Shown: positions 20,914 to 30,672, numbered from the whole stretch's first letter. The stretch: 60,035 nucleotides of DNA, filler included, from 4 parts of 4 records of this genome joined end to end with filler, not necessarily neighbours in it, one strand, 5' to 3'. Translations and numbers: made by a program. The notes: generated by a model from the letters alone, not told the origin.

Positions 20914-22518
20914 ATGAAAAAATTACATTTACTCTTATTGTCTCTTTTATCAGGTGTGATCCTCAGCCTGGGATGGCCCATGTATGGATTCCCTTTCCTG
21001 CTCTTTGTTGGGTTTGTTCCATTACTTTTTATCATGGACCACCTGGACGAAAACCGGCGGAAATACCACAAGTACAGCATTTTCCAGTTTGCATATGTGG
21101 CGTTTTTTACCTGGAACGTGCTCACCACCTGGTGGATTTGGAACTCTACGATTTTTGGCGCTGTGATGGCTGTGCTGCTCAATTCACTATTTATGGCCCT
21201 GGTATTTATGATTTTTCATTTGAGCAAACGGGCATTCTTTAAAAAATCTGGTGCTATTTATTTGTTAATTTTTTACTGGATCAGTTTCGAATTCCTGCAT
21301 CTCGACTGGGATTTGTCGTGGCCATGGCTGAACCTGGGCAATGGTTTTGCCATGTACACGCCATGGGTGCAGTGGTATGAATATACAGGGATTTTCGGCG
21401 GTTCACTCTGGGTGTTGATCATGAATATCCTGATTTACAAACTCATTAAGGATTTCAGGAATAAGTCTTTCAGGAAGTGGAATTTGGCTAAGGTAGTCTT
21501 TGTGCTGATTGTGCCATTGCTGATCTCACAAATTATCTATCACACTTACAAGGAAAAGGGAGAGACTGCTGAAATCATCGTTACACAGCCCAATGTTGAT
21601 CCCTGGAGTGAGCAATATGTTTTGCCGCCCAGCACAGTTATTGCCAAAAACCTGAACCTCGCTGATTCTTTGATTACTTCAGAAACAGATTTTATTGTTT
21701 GTCCCGAATCCGCCATCCAGGAGGATATCTGGCACACCTCCATTGAAAAGTCTGTTTCAGCAAGGCAGATCAGGAAATATATCCGTGCCCATCCAAATGT
21801 AAGTATCATCATTGGTGCTTCAACTTTCAGGATGTTTGAAGAGGAGGAACCACTGACCAGCACAGCCAGAAAGTTTTCGGATGTGGATAAATATTATGAG
21901 GCTTTCAACACGGCACTTTATTTCAGCAATGACCAGGATGTGGGGATCTATCATAAGTCTAAGCTGGTTCCCGGCCCCGAGAAAATGCCGTTCCAGAAAA
22001 TCCTCAGGCCCATACAGCACCTGGCCTTTGATCTAGGCGGAACAGTTGGTAGCCTGGGCTATTCCGGTGAACGCGAAGTTTTTACTTCAGCAGACGAAAA
22101 ATTTAAGGCACCGGCCATCATTTGCTACGAATCCATTTACGGGGATTTTGTGAATGGTTTTGTGCGCAACGGAGCTAATATTTTAACCATCATCACAAAC
22201 GATGGATGGTGGGGGAATACTGCCGGGCATCGCCAGCATTTTACTTTTGCAAAACTCAGGGCGCTGGAGACACGTCGTTCACTGGCACGATCAGCCAATA
22301 CCGGGATTTCTGCTTTCATCAATCAGAAAGGTGATGTTATTGAGGCCACCGAATATTGGGTTCCTGATGTGATAAAAGGTGAGCTCAGGGCAAACGATGA
22401 ATTGACATTTTATGTTGCTTTTGGGGATTATATAGGTAGAATTAGTGTGCTGATCACGATACTGATGTTGTTGATCTCGATTTCTATGTCGGTTGTAAAC
22501 AAAAAATACCGTCCATAG
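20914..22518 (+). CDS. lnt: Apolipoprotein N-acyltransferase
   Basis: Multiple TM segments; CPESA, YHKSKLVPGPE, ICYESIY, TNDGWW and RSANTGIS motifs. Confidence 0.95.
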   Translation: MKKLHLLLLSLLSGVILSLGWPMYGFPFLLFVGFVPLLFIMDHLDENRRKYHKYSIFQFAYVAFFTWNVLTTWWIWNSTIFGAVMAVLLNSLFMALVFMIFHLSKRAFFKKSGAIYLLIFYWISFEFLHLDWDLSWPWLNLGNGFAMYTPWVQWYEYTGIFGGSLWVLIMNILIYKLIKDFRNKSFRKWNLAKVVFVLIVPLLISQIIYHTYKEKGETAEIIVTQPNVDPWSEQYVLPPSTVIAKNLNLADSLITSETDFIVCPESAIQEDIWHTSIEKSVSARQIRKYIRAHPNVSIIIGASTFRMFEEEEPLTSTARKFSDVDKYYEAFNTALYFSNDQDVGIYHKSKLVPGPEKMPFQKILRPIQHLAFDLGGTVGSLGYSGEREVFTSADEKFKAPAIICYESIYGDFVNGFVRNGANILTIITNDGWWGNTAGHRQHFTFAKLRALETRRSLARSANTGISAFINQKGDVIEATEYWVPDVIKGELRANDELTFYVAFGDYIGRISVLITILMLLISISMSVVNKKYRP

Positions 22519-22576
22519 CCAGCAAAAAAAAGCCCCTGTATTTCTACAGAGGCTCGATATCAATTTCGTTCCTGAG

Positions 22577-23398
22577 TTAACGTTTGATCAGCTTGATCCT
22601 TTCGATCTGATTTTCCATGCTGATAGTTACAAAGTAAACGCCATTACTTTGTCCTTCAAAATCTATTTTTATCAAATTCTCTCCCATTGTTGAGTTGATT
22701 GACTCCTCATAAATCAAACTTCCAATAGCATTCATTACATTTATTACTGCCACACCATCTTTCATGGACGAGAAAGTAATTTCAGCTTGTCCTGATGTTG
22801 GGTTTGGGAAGGCTGATACATCGCTGATTACAGCTTTTTCAACTTCCGTGATTTTGAATGATTGTGGGTTTGTATTAGCCTGTTCGAAAGTCGTCGTTTC
22901 GTTCGGAAGAGTAACGAAGGTTTGTGGCCAGCCGTAGCCAGTCCACATGCCATTACACAGCGTATTGATTTCCCAGGTGTATTCGGTATCTGCCTCAAGC
23001 AAATCCAGGGTCACCATATTTAAAGTATCAGCAAACTTAAAATTGCAACCAATTGCACCGGTTTTGTAATACTTAACCCAGGTAAGACCGGTAAGACCTT
23101 CCCAGCTTAAGTCAACTGTGTTTTCAGTGATATTATCAGCCATTTGATTTACAGGCTCACAACCTACAACAGTATCTTCCAGTGTTGTAAAGGTTTGGGG
23201 CCAGTTGTAACCTGTCCAGCTGCCATTACATAATGTATTGAGCTCCCACGTATATTCTGTTTCCGCTGCAAGGCATTGCAGGCTCACCTCGTTGTTTCCT
23301 TGTGCATATCTGTAACGGTATTCCTGTGTTCCGCTAATGTAATATCTTACCCATGTTGGACCTGTTAATCCTTCCCAACTCAGGTCAGCAGTGTGTGC
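22577..23398 (-). CDS. T9SS type A sorting domain protein with tandem FN3-like repeats; 5' truncated
   Basis: Two ~85-aa repeats (DLSWEGLTG..TWV..EYTWE.NTLCNG.WTGY.WPQTF) and a CTD (AFPNPTSG...SNGVYFV...KLIK). The frame is open to the contig edge. Confidence 0.88.
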   Translation of the reverse strand, partial: AHTADLSWEGLTGPTWVRYYISGTQEYRYRYAQGNNEVSLQCLAAETEYTWELNTLCNGSWTGYNWPQTFTTLEDTVVGCEPVNQMADNITENTVDLSWEGLTGLTWVKYYKTGAIGCNFKFADTLNMVTLDLLEADTEYTWEINTLCNGMWTGYGWPQTFVTLPNETTTFEQANTNPQSFKITEVEKAVISDVSAFPNPTSGQAEITFSSMKDGVAVINVMNAIGSLIYEESINSTMGENLIKIDFEGQSNGVYFVTISMENQIERIKLIKR

Positions 23399-23498
23399 NN
23401 NNNNNNNNNNNNNNNNNNNNNNNNNNNNNNNNNNNNNNNNNNTTAATTAATTAANNNNNNNNNNNNNNNNNNNNNNNNNNNNNNNNNNNNNNNNNNNN
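23399..23498. other. Artificial contig spacer
   Basis: N-run containing TTAATTAATTAA. Confidence 0.99.
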
Positions 23499-23690
23499 CC
23501 TGCAGGAAGAAAAATACACCCCTGAAAAAGCTTCCCGCAGCTTGCAGGAAAGAAAATACAGTATGTAAAAACCTTCCTGTAACCTGCTTGAAACAGAATA
23601 TAGTATGTAATAATGTTCCAGCAATCTGCAGGGAATTTTCTACAGCCTGTGTTAGCATTTTCGCAATCTACAGCAACAATTCTAAACTTT
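23499..23690 (+). repeat. Degenerate 42-nt (2x21) tandem repeat; one frame encodes a Cys-x6 heptad pattern
   Basis: Units begin CCTGCAGG/CTTGCAGG/CCTGCTTG/TCTGCAGG/TCTACAGC at 42-nt spacing. Confidence 0.7.
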
Positions 23691-23761
23691 ATGAGTTTGA
23701 AAAAATTGCTATTGGGAAGTTTTAGCTATTTTTGAAACTCGATAATGAAAAATACAAGAAT

Positions 23762-23995
23762 ATGGATTTTAACGATCAGGATGTAATTATAGAATGTCCA
23801 AATTGTAAAAAAGAGATGATTGTAAAGATTTTAGAGATCACCAATCATCATACGGTAAGTTGCCCGGAGTGCGGTAAGAAGGTAGATTTATCAGCAAATG
23901 ATCCATCTGCAAAGTTGGGTATTCCAAAAGATTATAAACCATTTGAAGGTTTGGGTGATTATTTGAAAGAAGTTGAGGCAAAAAGAAAGAAATAG
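23762..23995 (+). CDS. Small zinc-ribbon protein
   Basis: CPNC...CPEC; ATG at 23762. Confidence 0.7.
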   Translation: MDFNDQDVIIECPNCKKEMIVKILEITNHHTVSCPECGKKVDLSANDPSAKLGIPKDYKPFEGLGDYLKEVEAKRKK

Positions 23996-24042
23996 AATAT
24001 AAAAAAGAGACGCAAGCTATTGCGTCTCTTTTAGTTTGCGAT

Positions 24043-24768
24043 TTATCGTCGATTAACGTCTCCACCGCTTGAACTGCTTACATTAAATTTTTCCGGACTT
24101 CCGTAATAGGTAACATCACCACCCGAACTGGCATGTGCTTCAATTGATTCTACGGCATATACGCTAACATCACCACCGCTCGAAGCTTTTGCTTTACACT
24201 CCAATGCTTTTAAATCGCTGGCTTTAAGATCACTTCCACTACTTGCTTTTCCGTAGAAATAATCTGCCGATCCGTAAAGAACTGCGTCAGCACCTGAACT
24301 TACCGAACAGGTAACATCTCCAGCTTTTAATTCAATTTTTGCATCGGCACCACTGCTCACCGAAATATCTAAAGTTCCTGCTTTAATTAAACTGCGAGAT
24401 TCCAGATCCGATCCACTGGAAACACTTATTTCATCAACCATTACCAAGGTTACATATACATTTAATTTCTTGGCTCTGCGAATGCTTTCTTCAGTTTTAA
24501 TAATCAGCTTGTCACCTTTAACACGAGTGACAATTATATCTAACAAATTTTCATCTGCTTCAACAGTTACCGATTCTTTATCGCCTTGTACGATATACAC
24601 ATCAATGCCACTACTCGCTGAAATTTTAGAGAATGTTCCGATTTCTCTTTTTTGTTTTTGTACATCTCCGTTGCCTTTTTCTCCCCAGAATTGCGCATTT
24701 ACTGTGGCAGAAAATACTAGAGTTATGGCAACAAAGGTTAAGGATAGTTTTTTTATCAAATTATTCAT
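24043..24768 (-). CDS. DUF2807/GIN head-domain protein
   Basis: Signal peptide, VEADENLL and repeated SSGS/SSGA beta-helix motifs. Confidence 0.88.
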   Translation of the reverse strand: MNNLIKKLSLTFVAITLVFSATVNAQFWGEKGNGDVQKQKREIGTFSKISASSGIDVYIVQGDKESVTVEADENLLDIIVTRVKGDKLIIKTEESIRRAKKLNVYVTLVMVDEISVSSGSDLESRSLIKAGTLDISVSSGADAKIELKAGDVTCSVSSGADAVLYGSADYFYGKASSGSDLKASDLKALECKAKASSGGDVSVYAVESIEAHASSGGDVTYYGSPEKFNVSSSSGGDVNRR

Positions 24769-24967
24769 AAGTATAAGATTTTAGTGAATACGTTAATCAG
24801 TTTATAAGACGCCTTAAGTAGGAATCAAGTTACAGTTCAAGAGAAAAAAAGTAATTTATACTTTCTTACTGATCTAAAGACATTCGCAAAATGCGAAGTG
24901 TTGCACTAAAATTTTAAAAGGAAAATAGATACCTGATTAAATCCGATATCTATTGGATACAAACTCA

Positions 24968-25795
24968 TTAAAATAGATTGAGAAACGTTTGTTTAATAAG
25001 AGGTTTAAGTCTTTTGCCTATGGATTTTACATTTGTATTTTTAATGGTTTGTTTTTTGGGAATTTGAGTGTGATTTCCCAAAATGATTACAGCGGGAGAG
25101 GCTGGTAATTCTGATTTTTTAATCTTGCTAAAAAACCTTGTATTTCCACTCAGTAAAGAACTATCCTGATAACTTACCTTCGAGATAACATTTATATGGG
25201 TCTCTTTGGAAAGATTTCGATTCAATTCACTCGCCATCTCATTCAATCGTTCCAGTCCCATGTAGATTACTACGGTATCATCATTCTCTATTTCTTTAAT
25301 GATTTGATTCAATTCACTCTTTTTACCCCCAACTTTTACTGCCGAATGAAAATGAATTCCGGAAGATTTCCCCCGTTCTGTTAAGGGAATCCAATATTCG
25401 TTTGCAGCAGCCATTCCAGCGCTAATTCCTGGTATCAGTTCAAAGTCAATTTCCGATTCCATTAAGAATCTGATCTCTTCCACACCTCTGCCATAAACCA
25501 TAGGATCACCGGATTTTAATCTCACTACCTGGTAGCCTAACAAATAGTACATCAACAGTTGATCGTGAATTAGCTCTTGTCGTGTTACCGGATTTATTCC
25601 ATCACCAGATCGTTTTCCTACATCCAGAACAATTGCTTTTTTCGGGAATAGCGAACGAACTTCATCTGTAATGAGAGCATCGCTTAAAATTACATCTGCA
25701 TTTTCGATGCTTCTTAGTGCTTTTATGGTGAGCAGATCGGCAGCGCCGGGTCCGGCGCCAACAATCCATATTTTACCTTGTTTCATACCTGTCAA
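24968..25795 (-). CDS. cobA: Uroporphyrinogen-III C-methyltransferase
   Basis: VGAGPGAADLLT, RLKSGDPMVYGRG.EE and IPGISA motifs. Confidence 0.92.
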   Translation of the reverse strand: MTGMKQGKIWIVGAGPGAADLLTIKALRSIENADVILSDALITDEVRSLFPKKAIVLDVGKRSGDGINPVTRQELIHDQLLMYYLLGYQVVRLKSGDPMVYGRGVEEIRFLMESEIDFELIPGISAGMAAANEYWIPLTERGKSSGIHFHSAVKVGGKKSELNQIIKEIENDDTVVIYMGLERLNEMASELNRNLSKETHINVISKVSYQDSSLLSGNTRFFSKIKKSELPASPAVIILGNHTQIPKKQTIKNTNVKSIGKRLKPLIKQTFLNLF

Positions 25796-25816
25796 CTTTA
25801 ATTTTAGATTGTAAGA

Positions 25817-27550
25817 CTAGTGCTTAAAATCTTGTCCTTTCACTATTTCATCAACATACTTTTTGCGAATAATAAAGTCCCCAAAAGCTTCTCCATCTTC
25901 CCGCGAATCAGAATAATCTTTAAAAAGAGGTCGCAATTCTGTAAGGATTTCTTCCTCGTTCACATTTTCTCCGTAAAGATTATTTAAACGAGTACCATTG
26001 AAGTTTCCTCCCAGATAAAGATTGTACCTACCCGGACCTTTTCCTATAAATCCGATTTCCGCAACATAGGGTCTTCCACAACCATTTGCACAACCGGTCA
26101 TTCGAATTACAATTTCATCTTTGTACAATCCGAATTCACTTAAACCATTCTCAATTTTATCAATTAAACTCGGTAAATATCTTTCAGCCTCGGCAAATGC
26201 CAAACTACATGTATTTAAAGCTACACAGGCAATAGAGTTGGCTCTTATTCCCGAAATTGCTTGTGGAAGCAATCCATACTTTTTAAGAATCTTATTGATC
26301 TTGCTTTTGTCAGATTCGTTTATTTTTCCAAGAATTAAGTTTTGATTCCCTGATAAACGGAAGTCAGATATTTTTAATTCTGCTATCTCGCGAAGAGCGG
26401 TTTTCAGTTTTGTATTTTCTTCATCTTTTACCCTGCCACCTTCAATAAATAGTCCCAGGTACCAATCTCCATTATTGGTTTGATGCCATCCAAATTTATC
26501 TCCATTTCGAATTAAAGCGTAAGAGCGTTCAGCTTCTAGTTCAAAGCCTAATTTTTCGTGCAGTAGCTCTTTAAATTTATCTACTCCCAGGCGATCAATT
26601 GTATATTTCAATCGTGCATTTTTCCTTACTTTACGATTGCCCTGTTCTTTTTGTACCAATACAATTTTTTCAGCAACATCAACTGTGTTTTCAGCCTTTG
26701 CAAAACCTAAAACAGTTCCCAATCTTGGGTAAGTCTCTGCATCGCCAAATGTGGTTCCCATGCCACCACCTGCAACAATATTAAAACCTTCTAAAACGCC
26801 ATTATTTTCTATGGCAATAAATCCAATATCCTGAGTGAAAACATCGGTATCGTTAAACGGGGGAATGGTAAAGCCAATTTTAAATTTACGAGGCAAGTAA
26901 ACCGGTCCATAAAGAGGTTCCACTTCACCTGCGCTTCCTTCGGCTACCTTTTTTTTGTCTAACCAAATTTCATAGTATGCCGGAGTACGCGGAGTAAGGT
27001 GATCGCTAACCTTGTTGGCATATTCCTGAACCTGATCAAATACGTTGGAGGAATAAGGATGTGGACTTGCCATTACATTTCTGTTTACATCACCACAAGC
27101 GGCAATTGTATCAAGTAAAGACTGGTTGATGGACTGAATACTTGGTTTCAAATTTCCTTTTAGCACCCCGTGAAATTGAAAGGCTTGTCGGGTTGTTAGC
27201 TTTAATGTTCCGTTGGCATATTCATCAGAGATCTGATCCATTTGTAACCACTGTTCTGCATTCACTAATCCACCAGGAACTCTTACCCTTATTAAAAAGG
27301 AATAATCAGGTTCCAATTTTTGTTTCTTTCGTTCACGTTCGGTATCTCTGTCAAATTGTTGGTAAATGCCATGGAATTTTGATACCTGTCGATCATCAAC
27401 CGCAATTGCATCTGTTACACTATTAGCAAGACTTTCCTCTAATGTGCCGCGCAAGTAATTGCTGTCGGTTTTTATTTTTTCTACTTCGGATAGTTCTGCC
27501 CAATTTATGTTTTTATCTGTCATGATTGTTAGTTTTAGCTTAGTAAACAT
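25817..27550 (-). CDS. cysI: Assimilatory sulfite reductase hemoprotein subunit
   Basis: TTRQAFQFHG, ACGDVNRN, YLPRKFK, ACVALNTC and TGCANGC motifs. True start may be 27523. Confidence 0.95.
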   Translation of the reverse strand: MFTKLKLTIMTDKNINWAELSEVEKIKTDSNYLRGTLEESLANSVTDAIAVDDRQVSKFHGIYQQFDRDTERERKKQKLEPDYSFLIRVRVPGGLVNAEQWLQMDQISDEYANGTLKLTTRQAFQFHGVLKGNLKPSIQSINQSLLDTIAACGDVNRNVMASPHPYSSNVFDQVQEYANKVSDHLTPRTPAYYEIWLDKKKVAEGSAGEVEPLYGPVYLPRKFKIGFTIPPFNDTDVFTQDIGFIAIENNGVLEGFNIVAGGGMGTTFGDAETYPRLGTVLGFAKAENTVDVAEKIVLVQKEQGNRKVRKNARLKYTIDRLGVDKFKELLHEKLGFELEAERSYALIRNGDKFGWHQTNNGDWYLGLFIEGGRVKDEENTKLKTALREIAELKISDFRLSGNQNLILGKINESDKSKINKILKKYGLLPQAISGIRANSIACVALNTCSLAFAEAERYLPSLIDKIENGLSEFGLYKDEIVIRMTGCANGCGRPYVAEIGFIGKGPGRYNLYLGGNFNGTRLNNLYGENVNEEEILTELRPLFKDYSDSREDGEAFGDFIIRKKYVDEIVKGQDFKH

Positions 27551-29315
27551 CGAGAAGTATTCGTCTCTCCTTTTTCAATTTCTTAAAATATTCTTCTGCT
27601 TTTTCGGGAGTAATTCCTCCTTCGTTGGCAATTATTTCTTTTAAAGTTTCCTGAACATCCTTAGCCATGTAGTTTTTATCACCACAGATGTAAAAATGAG
27701 CTCCACTTTCTAACCAATTGAATACTTCTTTCGCATTTTCTTTTAATCGATGTTGCACGTAAGCTTTTTCTTTCTGATCTCTTGAGAAAGCTACATCTAG
27801 TTTGTTCAGCACACCTTTTTGAAGGTATTTTTGCCATTCGACCTGATACAGGAAATCTTCTTTGAATCTTTGGTTTCCGAAGAATAACCAGCTATTTGCT
27901 TTTTCACCTTTCTGTTCCAATTCCTGAAGGAAACTTCTATAAGGAGCAACTCCGGTTCCGGCACCAACCATTATTACGGGTTTGTTATCTTCTTTCGGTA
28001 ATCTGAATGATTCATTCTTTTCAATATAAATAGGAACGTGGTCTCCAACATTTATCTGATCCGATAGGTAAGTGGAACAAGCACCGTTTCTATCTCGTTT
28101 TTTATGCTTGTATCTAAGCGAAGCAACAGTAAGATGAACTTCTTCAGGATTCTGCGCTGGACCGGAAGAAATGGAATAGAGGCGAGCATAAAGTACTCTT
28201 AGAATTCCTAGCAATTCATCGGTTTGAATCTTGCCCTGATAATCTTCCAACAGATCGTAAACATCGGCACCGTAAAGATACTTGTCAAGTGCTTCCTCAT
28301 TTTCAAGTAGAGAAGCCAGTTTGCTGTTGTTTACAATTGCATTGTATTTTTCAATAACCTCTTTATTGAGCACTGTAATTTCTAATTGATGTTGTAATGC
28401 GCTGAAAAGCGACAATTGCTTATTTCCAACACTTACAATTTTTTCCGGATCATCACCAAGGAAATTGATGATCAGATCTACCAGATCTACAGGATTGTTT
28501 GGTAAAATTCCTATGCTGTCTCCCGCTTCATAACTTATACCTGAATCCTCCAATGAGATTTCAACATGGAATATTTCTTTTTCTGATTTTTCGGTTGTTA
28601 TTCTCACCTTTTCCAGCACTTCAGCATAGAAAGGGTTGGTTCTGTTGAATTTCTTCTTGACCTTAGTAACAGATTTAGTTGTACTACTTGTAATGCCATC
28701 TGGTTTTAGTTTTTTCAATTCTCCTGTGATTGCCTCAATCCAATTGGCTGCATCCTCTTCATAGGCAACATCTGCTTTTTGAATGGGAACAATTGCTTCA
28801 CCTCCTAATTTTGTAAATGCTTCATGAAAATCTACACCTGTTTGGCAAAATTTCTTGTACGATTTATCACCAAGTGCTAAAACAGAGAACTTAGTTTCCT
28901 TAAGTTTTGGAGCTCTCGAACCAAGCACAAACTCATGAAAATCTTCTGCCTGTAATGGTGGTTCACCTTCGCCATGTGTGCTCACAATCAGAAACAAGTA
29001 CTTTTCTTTTTTCAAATCATTTTTCTTATAATCATCAAGAGATTTAAGATTTGCTTGAAAGCCTAATGTCTGTACTCTCTCATACAAATTAATGGCAATT
29101 TCTTTACTGTGACCCGTATGAGTTCCGTAAAGAATGGTGATTTTTTCGGAGGAAGTCACAGGAGTTTGAACCGAAGGATTATTCGAGTCTGCATTTCCAT
29201 TAATTAATCCGGAAATGTATCCATTAACCCAAATCAACTGTTCTTTTGAAAAATCTTTAATAATCAAGTTAAGTTGCTTGAGTTGTTCTGTATTTGGTTG
29301 ATATTCTTTTGTCAT
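27540..29315 (-). CDS. cysJ: Sulfite reductase (NADPH) flavoprotein subunit
   Basis: Flavodoxin (YGTHTGHS, STHGEGEPP), RLYSISS, GAGTGVAPYR and AFSRDQ motifs. Confidence 0.93.
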   Translation of the reverse strand: MTKEYQPNTEQLKQLNLIIKDFSKEQLIWVNGYISGLINGNADSNNPSVQTPVTSSEKITILYGTHTGHSKEIAINLYERVQTLGFQANLKSLDDYKKNDLKKEKYLFLIVSTHGEGEPPLQAEDFHEFVLGSRAPKLKETKFSVLALGDKSYKKFCQTGVDFHEAFTKLGGEAIVPIQKADVAYEEDAANWIEAITGELKKLKPDGITSSTTKSVTKVKKKFNRTNPFYAEVLEKVRITTEKSEKEIFHVEISLEDSGISYEAGDSIGILPNNPVDLVDLIINFLGDDPEKIVSVGNKQLSLFSALQHQLEITVLNKEVIEKYNAIVNNSKLASLLENEEALDKYLYGADVYDLLEDYQGKIQTDELLGILRVLYARLYSISSGPAQNPEEVHLTVASLRYKHKKRDRNGACSTYLSDQINVGDHVPIYIEKNESFRLPKEDNKPVIMVGAGTGVAPYRSFLQELEQKGEKANSWLFFGNQRFKEDFLYQVEWQKYLQKGVLNKLDVAFSRDQKEKAYVQHRLKENAKEVFNWLESGAHFYICGDKNYMAKDVQETLKEIIANEGGITPEKAEEYFKKLKKERRILLDVY

Positions 29316-29318
29316 GAT

Positions 29319-29795
29319 TTAATTGGCAATTAGTAGTTTTTGTAATCGGTAATTTTCAAAGTAATCCTTCAACTGATTGCGTATTTGGATAGATTTGTAC
29401 ACATCTTCACCATTTGAACTTACAGCAATGCTGATATTTTCCCGCTTGTAAATGGCAGGAGAAACAAATTCACAAAATTCTGGCTGATCGTGCACATTTA
29501 GTAACACGTTGACATCACGACAATCGCGAATTAATTGCTTGACAAATGCAGGATCATCAACGCAACTGTATATTAAATGGTAGTTTTTTAAAAAATCTTT
29601 AAGGTATTGTTGTTCATGATACACAATTCCTGAGTTTTTTATCCAATCGATAATTTTAGGTGCAATAACCTCTATCTGATTGGTGCTTCGTTGTAAGATT
29701 TTAAGTTTTTTGTAGGCATCTTCTCCTCCTCCGATAATTAGAATTTTTTTATCGGTAATATCTATTGCTATAGGTAAAAATTGTTTCTTCGACAT
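29319..29795 (-). CDS. Precorrin-2 dehydrogenase/sirohydrochlorin ferrochelatase (CysG N-domain-like)
   Basis: FLPIAI..ILIIGGG, NVHDQPEFCEFVSPA and IAVSSNG motifs. Confidence 0.88.
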   Translation of the reverse strand: MSKKQFLPIAIDITDKKILIIGGGEDAYKKLKILQRSTNQIEVIAPKIIDWIKNSGIVYHEQQYLKDFLKNYHLIYSCVDDPAFVKQLIRDCRDVNVLLNVHDQPEFCEFVSPAIYKRENISIAVSSNGEDVYKSIQIRNQLKDYFENYRLQKLLIAN

Positions 29796-29806
29796 GATTC
29801 TTCGTT

Positions 29807-30037
29807 TTAAATGTTGTAATCTATGGGGTGTTTTTCTTCCTTCCCGAATTTGATTTTATTCCATGTTCTTTCATGAATAAAATAGAGACCCATTTTGGTA
29901 AACAGCTCCACGCCGCCTATCGACATAGCCCATGTGAGATCTCCTATTACTAGCCATGAAATTAGTACTGTATCTATGGTTCCAATAGTTCTCCACGAAA
30001 TGGTTTTTGCGATACTTCTGTAAGTTTTTTCTTTCAT
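29807..30037 (-). CDS. DUF2061 small membrane protein
   Basis: RSIAKTISWR..GTIDT and YFIHERTW motifs; typical of sulfur assimilation operons. Confidence 0.88.
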   Translation of the reverse strand: MKEKTYRSIAKTISWRTIGTIDTVLISWLVIGDLTWAMSIGGVELFTKMGLYFIHERTWNKIKFGKEEKHPIDYNI

Positions 30038-30054
30038 TTTTTTCGCTTACGGAT

Positions 30055-30089
30055 AAAAAAAAGAGCCTTTCTGGTTTGCAGAAAGGCTC
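30055..30089 (-). terminator. Attenuator terminator 2
   Basis: GAGCCTTTCTG-CAAAC-CAGAAAGGCTC-TTTTTTTT, about 18 nt before the DUF2061 start. Confidence 0.88.
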
Positions 30090-30125
30090 GATATGCTTGG
30101 TTTTAATAATGCACAGCGAATTCTG

Positions 30126-30209
30126 CTAGGGTGGAAACCATAACATGCACATACAACAACACGCAAAAATGTTGAATTGGAAACTGATATGTGATTTTTT
30201 GAATTTCAT
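30126..30209 (-). CDS. Cys/Met-rich leader peptide 2 (27 aa)
   Basis: MKFKKSHISFQFNIFACCCMCMLWFPP*, followed by a terminator. Confidence 0.82.
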   Translation of the reverse strand: MKFKKSHISFQFNIFACCCMCMLWFPP

Positions 30210-30248
30210 TATTATTTTAAAGCGGTATATCTGTTGAAATTAATTCAT

Positions 30249-30282
30249 AAAAAAAGCCTTTCTGCGAGTGCAAAAAGGCTTT
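30249..30282 (-). terminator. Attenuator terminator 1
   Basis: AAAGCCTTTTTGC-ACTC-GCAGAAAGGCTTT-TTTT. Confidence 0.88.
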
Positions 30283-30311
30283 GTGCTATTATTTTGATTC
30301 GATTTAATTCA

Positions 30312-30410
30312 TCAAGCATCTCCTTTTTGCAAAACACGATTTTCCATACACATACAACACATTGTACATGCAACAGAAACATTCATTTTACTATTTAGGA
30401 TATTGCTCAT
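30312..30410 (-). CDS. Cys/Met-rich leader peptide 1 (32 aa)
   Basis: MSNILNSKMNVSVACTMCCMCMENRVLQKGDA*. Its 3' end TGCAAAAAGG is complementary to the terminator arm CCTTTTTGCA. Confidence 0.82.
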   Translation of the reverse strand: MSNILNSKMNVSVACTMCCMCMENRVLQKGDA

Positions 30411-30672
30411 TATTTTGTTTTAAATCGGACTAAATGATCTCTTATTCGGCTACAAGGATATGAAGATATTTTGAATAATCCAACATAGCACAATAAAAAT
30501 AATTTCCGGCAATTACCTTTTAACACTATTAAAACGATTGCATTTTTATAAATAGAAAGTGTAGATGGATGTAGAATTAAGAATTTTAAAAATTATGAAT
30601 TGTTAACACCGAATTTGTTGCTTGGGAATCAATCTCTTCATATATTTACGGCACAATAAATAAATTACAACT

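Noticed and set aside
30126-30410. Cys-rich peptides as metallothioneins or RiPP precursors
   Set aside because: No maturation enzymes are nearby. Each is followed by a terminator with antiterminator complementarity and lies upstream of sulfur genes, so attenuation explains them better.
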